Below, one piece after another: positions 63,401-64,000 of a DNA stretch of 64,000 nucleotides. The stretch comes from a virus. Lineage: Duplodnaviria; Caudoviricetes. Under the pieces are notes generated by a model. The model did no database searches. It saw nothing but the letters and a program-made list of their open reading frames with translations, and was not told the DNA's origin. Positions within the stretch are counted from its first letter, which is position 1. The number at the start of each line of letters is the position of its first letter. The translations under genes and the position numbers were made by a program. The stretch covers positions 1-64,000 of IMG/VR virus record IMGVR_UViG_3300032295_002982; one strand, written 5' to 3'.

Positions 63401-64000
63401 ATAATGTGTTCAAACGATGTGAAATTCAATTCAGCGTAGGTAACAATTTGTTCTACCAGGCTCTGAATGGTAAAGGTATTGTCAATTCTAACAATGTTGA
63501 GATTTCTTGTGGCAAAATCCTGACTGTTTTGATCCAATAGCTGTGTTTCCACAGTCTGTGTACGGATTGAATCCACCACGGCTTTTTCTTTGGTCACCGT
63601 CAATTTGTCGGCCAAGGGGTTGAGATTGAGAATTGCTTCTAGACTCCAACCCTGCTGTGCCCAGTACAAGAATTCATAACCCATTCTAGGCCAGTCCAGC
63701 ACATAACCGTTAGACACATTGGTAAAGGTTAGGCCTTGGCTTTCAAGATATTTGCCATAACTCAACAAAAAGTCAACCACAGCACTGGTGGTAGTAAACA
63801 CAGTTCCGTAGGGTATCTGTGTGACTGTGGTACTGTAGAGAGTTGGTACTTGAATTTCAATGACACCAAGTGCAAAAGTCTGTAATCGTCCACCGCGACT
63901 CTGAAACACGTTGAAGAACGGTTGCAAGGTGCTGTAACCAGTCACACTATAACCGCCGCTGCCAGTTCTTTGTATTGTTACACTGCTGTAAACAACCTGT
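54406..64000 (-). CDS. Giant virion structural protein (>3190 aa, baseplate/tail-associated), 5' end outside window
   Basis: Frame stays open from 63945 to the window edge (QVVYSSVTIQRTGSGGYSV). Repeated DGTT..F / V..NG beta modules and a beta-propeller-like (FG.SV) region. Confidence 0.8.
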   Translation of the reverse strand, partial: QVVYSSVTIQRTGSGGYSVTGYSTLQPFFNVFQSRGGRLQTFALGVIEIQVPTLYSTTVTQIPYGTVFTTTSAVVDFLLSYGKYLESQGLTFTNVSNGYVLDWPRMGYEFLYWAQQGWSLEAILNLNPLADKLTVTKEKAVVDSIRTQTVETQLLDQNSQDFATRNLNIVRIDNTFTIQSLVEQIVTYAELNFTSFEHIIVLSNQSVFGDLIYDPTTGDRQSRLNLIAVNSVDWNGTVNAPGFILNQNNVEEWTGLRTYTKGEIVRYKNVFWSALTIVQPSTSFNFNDWVQSDYEQIQLGLLPNIANKADQLANSYNINSANIETDNDLLSYGLIGYRPRQYMAALNLDDVSQINVYRQFLGSKGTVLAAELFKGANFSKETADYDIYENWAVQRAVYGANANRSFVELRLNRGLLNSNPSIVKVTTPQETSEADQNIQLGAVWRQSYKLTSPAFLPVTTELPTDIGLPNAGYVSLDDADITIFDIEDNDEFAANLDNIEVGTSIWVAKINQYDWNIYRAQPVPGTIVHVCDNLDTTSRVVFSGQHDLSQGQKLIIKQFDTEVDGVYTVVSVLNLTTVNIEFQFLGDRTVADGDGIGFTLQTQRVAQASDVLNLPYANEIQPGARVWADDDGTGHWAVFEKQNPFSAITVLNPDPMTTFQNENYGHSVTQAQNRTALLVGAPFYTRSAVQHGGVYVYVKSDSDQYTPVTPLPNSVNAVLTLDVAGVQGYGNAVDFGNQTWAVAGASRSLGPASQADNGYAAVIYRDPGLGEPGIVPFAQWQLLTQPGTTPSTTPGAGEFGYSVTMSTDERWMYIGAPGISNVHAYGRVDWEHQFVIATGDGFTDTFYIADEIQIDQDTQIVVTLDGTVQFLTTDYTVDGTFENVTFVTAPAIGVDIRIQRINQQQLDYGIYYGVTQSATSGGGAGAVFTIERVRGQVGQPGADSGFVGVNGGGSGYAVSNTITIDATAFDGGVSGVNDITLTVTGVSGTGELQTFTIAYTPPALQTVFNLGTYFFTATNIDSFSVFYEEVLLRPNIDYSFNTGTLDLTFTTIPSAGSEIIVRAESYFRYVSSLQVAGLTPSDRMGSSVSTSTDGTQILCGSPDSTVYSAVEAGTVYVFDRNVQRFIVNADAVNPTFTVLGPAAVAPVGVTVNNERWINEADSVIGGVHTFSWDGSNGFTLNGPVNVGDEILIETNNFTLLDQLHQQTVAEFSNFGSAVDLCENNCSLYVGEPNSSVQIYKGGIVERSVNQSRLYGTITSLNPAPTLTNGHTLRVNNIDVPVQPDQSLAGLAAAINSTVPNVTATVSASTGLMTLTVTNNAAADPFNKVNVAPGSVGTAFDDIGFDTYVWVQNIVSPYPVEFANFGSSLSIDTGAENLVVGAPRGTLYLVQIFDDGTTIFDVGSTVFFSVLVQSGAVYTFDFLPSASPSVLNPGNFVFGQQLGDNEINEFDLFGYSVNYTSGVLTVGAPASDLGDSSSSEYGSVSVFVNPNNTPAWQIIKLEQPVVDVRLLNSVFLYDRITSATTEFLDFIDPLQGKILGAARQNIDYIGAVDPAAYNAGVLNNTGATWGASHVGEIWWDTATVRFIDPNQDSLIYASRRWSQVFPGSTISIYQWVKSDVAPANYAGEGTPRNVNNYSVNTRLSLSGLIETEYYFWVQGITVTATNLGKTLPASTVANYILEPKASGIAYLAALNSSTVSLYNCLDLIEAQDTILHIEYDRELTSDNVHVEYDLVPQDRADGFVSDQIYRKMQDSFCGVDTVGNLVPDPNLGPAERYGIQFRPRQSMFVDRFEALRNYLSRVNSVVKLYPIVENRTLNLLLSSEPIPSANSGLWNLEVANLEILGFQNIDAVPLGYRYLVESDSNNGGRWTIYQVQTSEIDPAVRLLVLYRVQNFVTPDYWQYIDWYLPGYNSSQQIVAEITNVSDLESLDLPVGSSVKLTANSQGKFEIYQLRDLGWTRVGLQDGTIEFKAELWDYELGRFGWDIEVFDAQYFDQEPVIETRKIIQGINQELFVDDLAIERNRLLILVFNFVLSEFGAPEWLVKTSLIDVDHRLRDLVPFQNYIRDNQEFVEQYIQEVKPYHVQIREFNLKYQGVDDFLGDLSDFDLPAYFNTSLEIPEFTSPILLPYAQSTAFNSALTLQSDTPANSTVWQTWPYSSWYQNYLLNLDEIEIVDGGDGYNEAPTIEIVGNAVIPATATCTVNSLGHVVSITITTKGVGYSATPEIVFVGGNGTGARAYAIMTGSAAGQNFSESSVPLTINTYFAPRIFRTTIRFDRNQYVPSVVPWSANGTYQNGQLVRYNNEVYEATSVDSSAVVGPDFDLANWTLVDAATYTYPGSNVATGLSGVDRTMGLYVPSVNQPGLELPLLIDGVDYPGVQVYGLGFLGDPALIDAEYRSEFTDTTLGLGFSSINVDGGEFIGPYEGHAPEELVNGSEFDTLDFRVITRPGSDWNFDGHGFQLRAIRYTYDPAVLATYSWAGLVENYFQILVANATTGLELYLGVDYTIDWVAQDITIEPSSFRVSVGDIINITVYELGGGSQLYRANYISDDINQAGGAQVIIPVNEAEIFEIAAFNDAIPIAGITYSPYIDSTAWTITGSYLQNDVVNNIVTSVTHYYRAIQDVPVGIDINNTLYWIEFAPTLLTLVEFNQVFPTGHSVALAVLGPTTPVQYSWSTPVVQQRVATQTNVDTKLIDLDNFAGGTNPVNMIVIQNGLRLQPAAGIEWIGDDSSVQFGLPQRSGYSQEIINSGNDVTVYVNGIPQIQTEAGPESGDYLVTPWGGSEVPGRQVQFFEPPPAGARVLIAVSTQADYVVFGNQLEIVAPINLGDEFQIITWNDTQQQNIVTQIFKGPVTTGITIDEPFDSTPFDSATANGTPGSYDYSIGIGLPTNDFILDPENSRGVIDPGRLWVTLDGERLFEGEDYSVENGQLILPTGAIGAAQVVVVTQFTNSVVPESMAFRIFQDMRGVQTTYRITAATTTTVAQACLQTDTEIFVTDASVLTEPNLENGIFGVVTIGGERIMYRIRDLATNSLSSLLRGTAGTGAADHAAGTAVYDLGRGNLLFPEYQDYIVSDSTLGDGSTALFYAPSIDIENIGDSSTVAAEAVEVYVGGVRQYAYSDTTAQSEYRWFVTDFNPVAVEFVIDQAAYPELRAPAAGVEVTILVRRGVTWYAPGDGTPSDGVALQDTNTLAARFLRGL

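Noticed and set aside
1-64000. CRISPR array, IS/transposase, integrase, intron/intein, reverse transcriptase or DGR
   Set aside because: I saw no regularly spaced repeats and no diagnostic protein motifs.

Overview
This window looks like part of a large T4-like (myovirus-type) phage genome, standard genetic code. The host is probably a freshwater betaproteobacterium, possibly a C1 user; this is inferred from the rubrerythrin/DUF3501 pair, pqqA and fdh. From left to right: (1) 1-5.6 kb, auxiliary metabolic genes: phosphate porin, Pho-box-preceded PlcP-like phosphoesterase plus GT2, rubrerythrin-DUF3501, NAD-dependent formate dehydrogenase. (2) 5.6-15.2 kb, an array of 28 tRNA or tRNA-like genes covering all 20 amino acids, interleaved with structured non-coding spacers and small genes. 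Two sigma70 promoter / leaderless leader-peptide / terminator-antiterminator units sit in front of parts of the array. (3) 15.2-25 kb, pqqA, an omega-like RNAP subunit, ahcY, a SpoT/Mesh1-type HD hydrolase, a MoxR AAA + VWA pair and small early genes. (4) 25-50.7 kb, thyX and a large sugar/glycan-modification region: epimerases, DegT aminotransferase, Gfo/Idh/MocA, amidinotransferase, carbamoyltransferase, five radical SAM enzymes, about eight glycosyltransferase-like genes and a PBP-like peptidase. (5) 50.8-64 kb, minus-strand virion genes, including a tail fibre and a >3190-aa protein that runs off the window end. The most notable candidates are the translation-sensing attenuators in front of the tRNA genes, a D-armless 8/4 tRNA-Tyr, the Pho-regulated lipid-remodelling module and the omega + HD-hydrolase pair. 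All calls come from reading the sequence by eye; no searches or folding programs were run.
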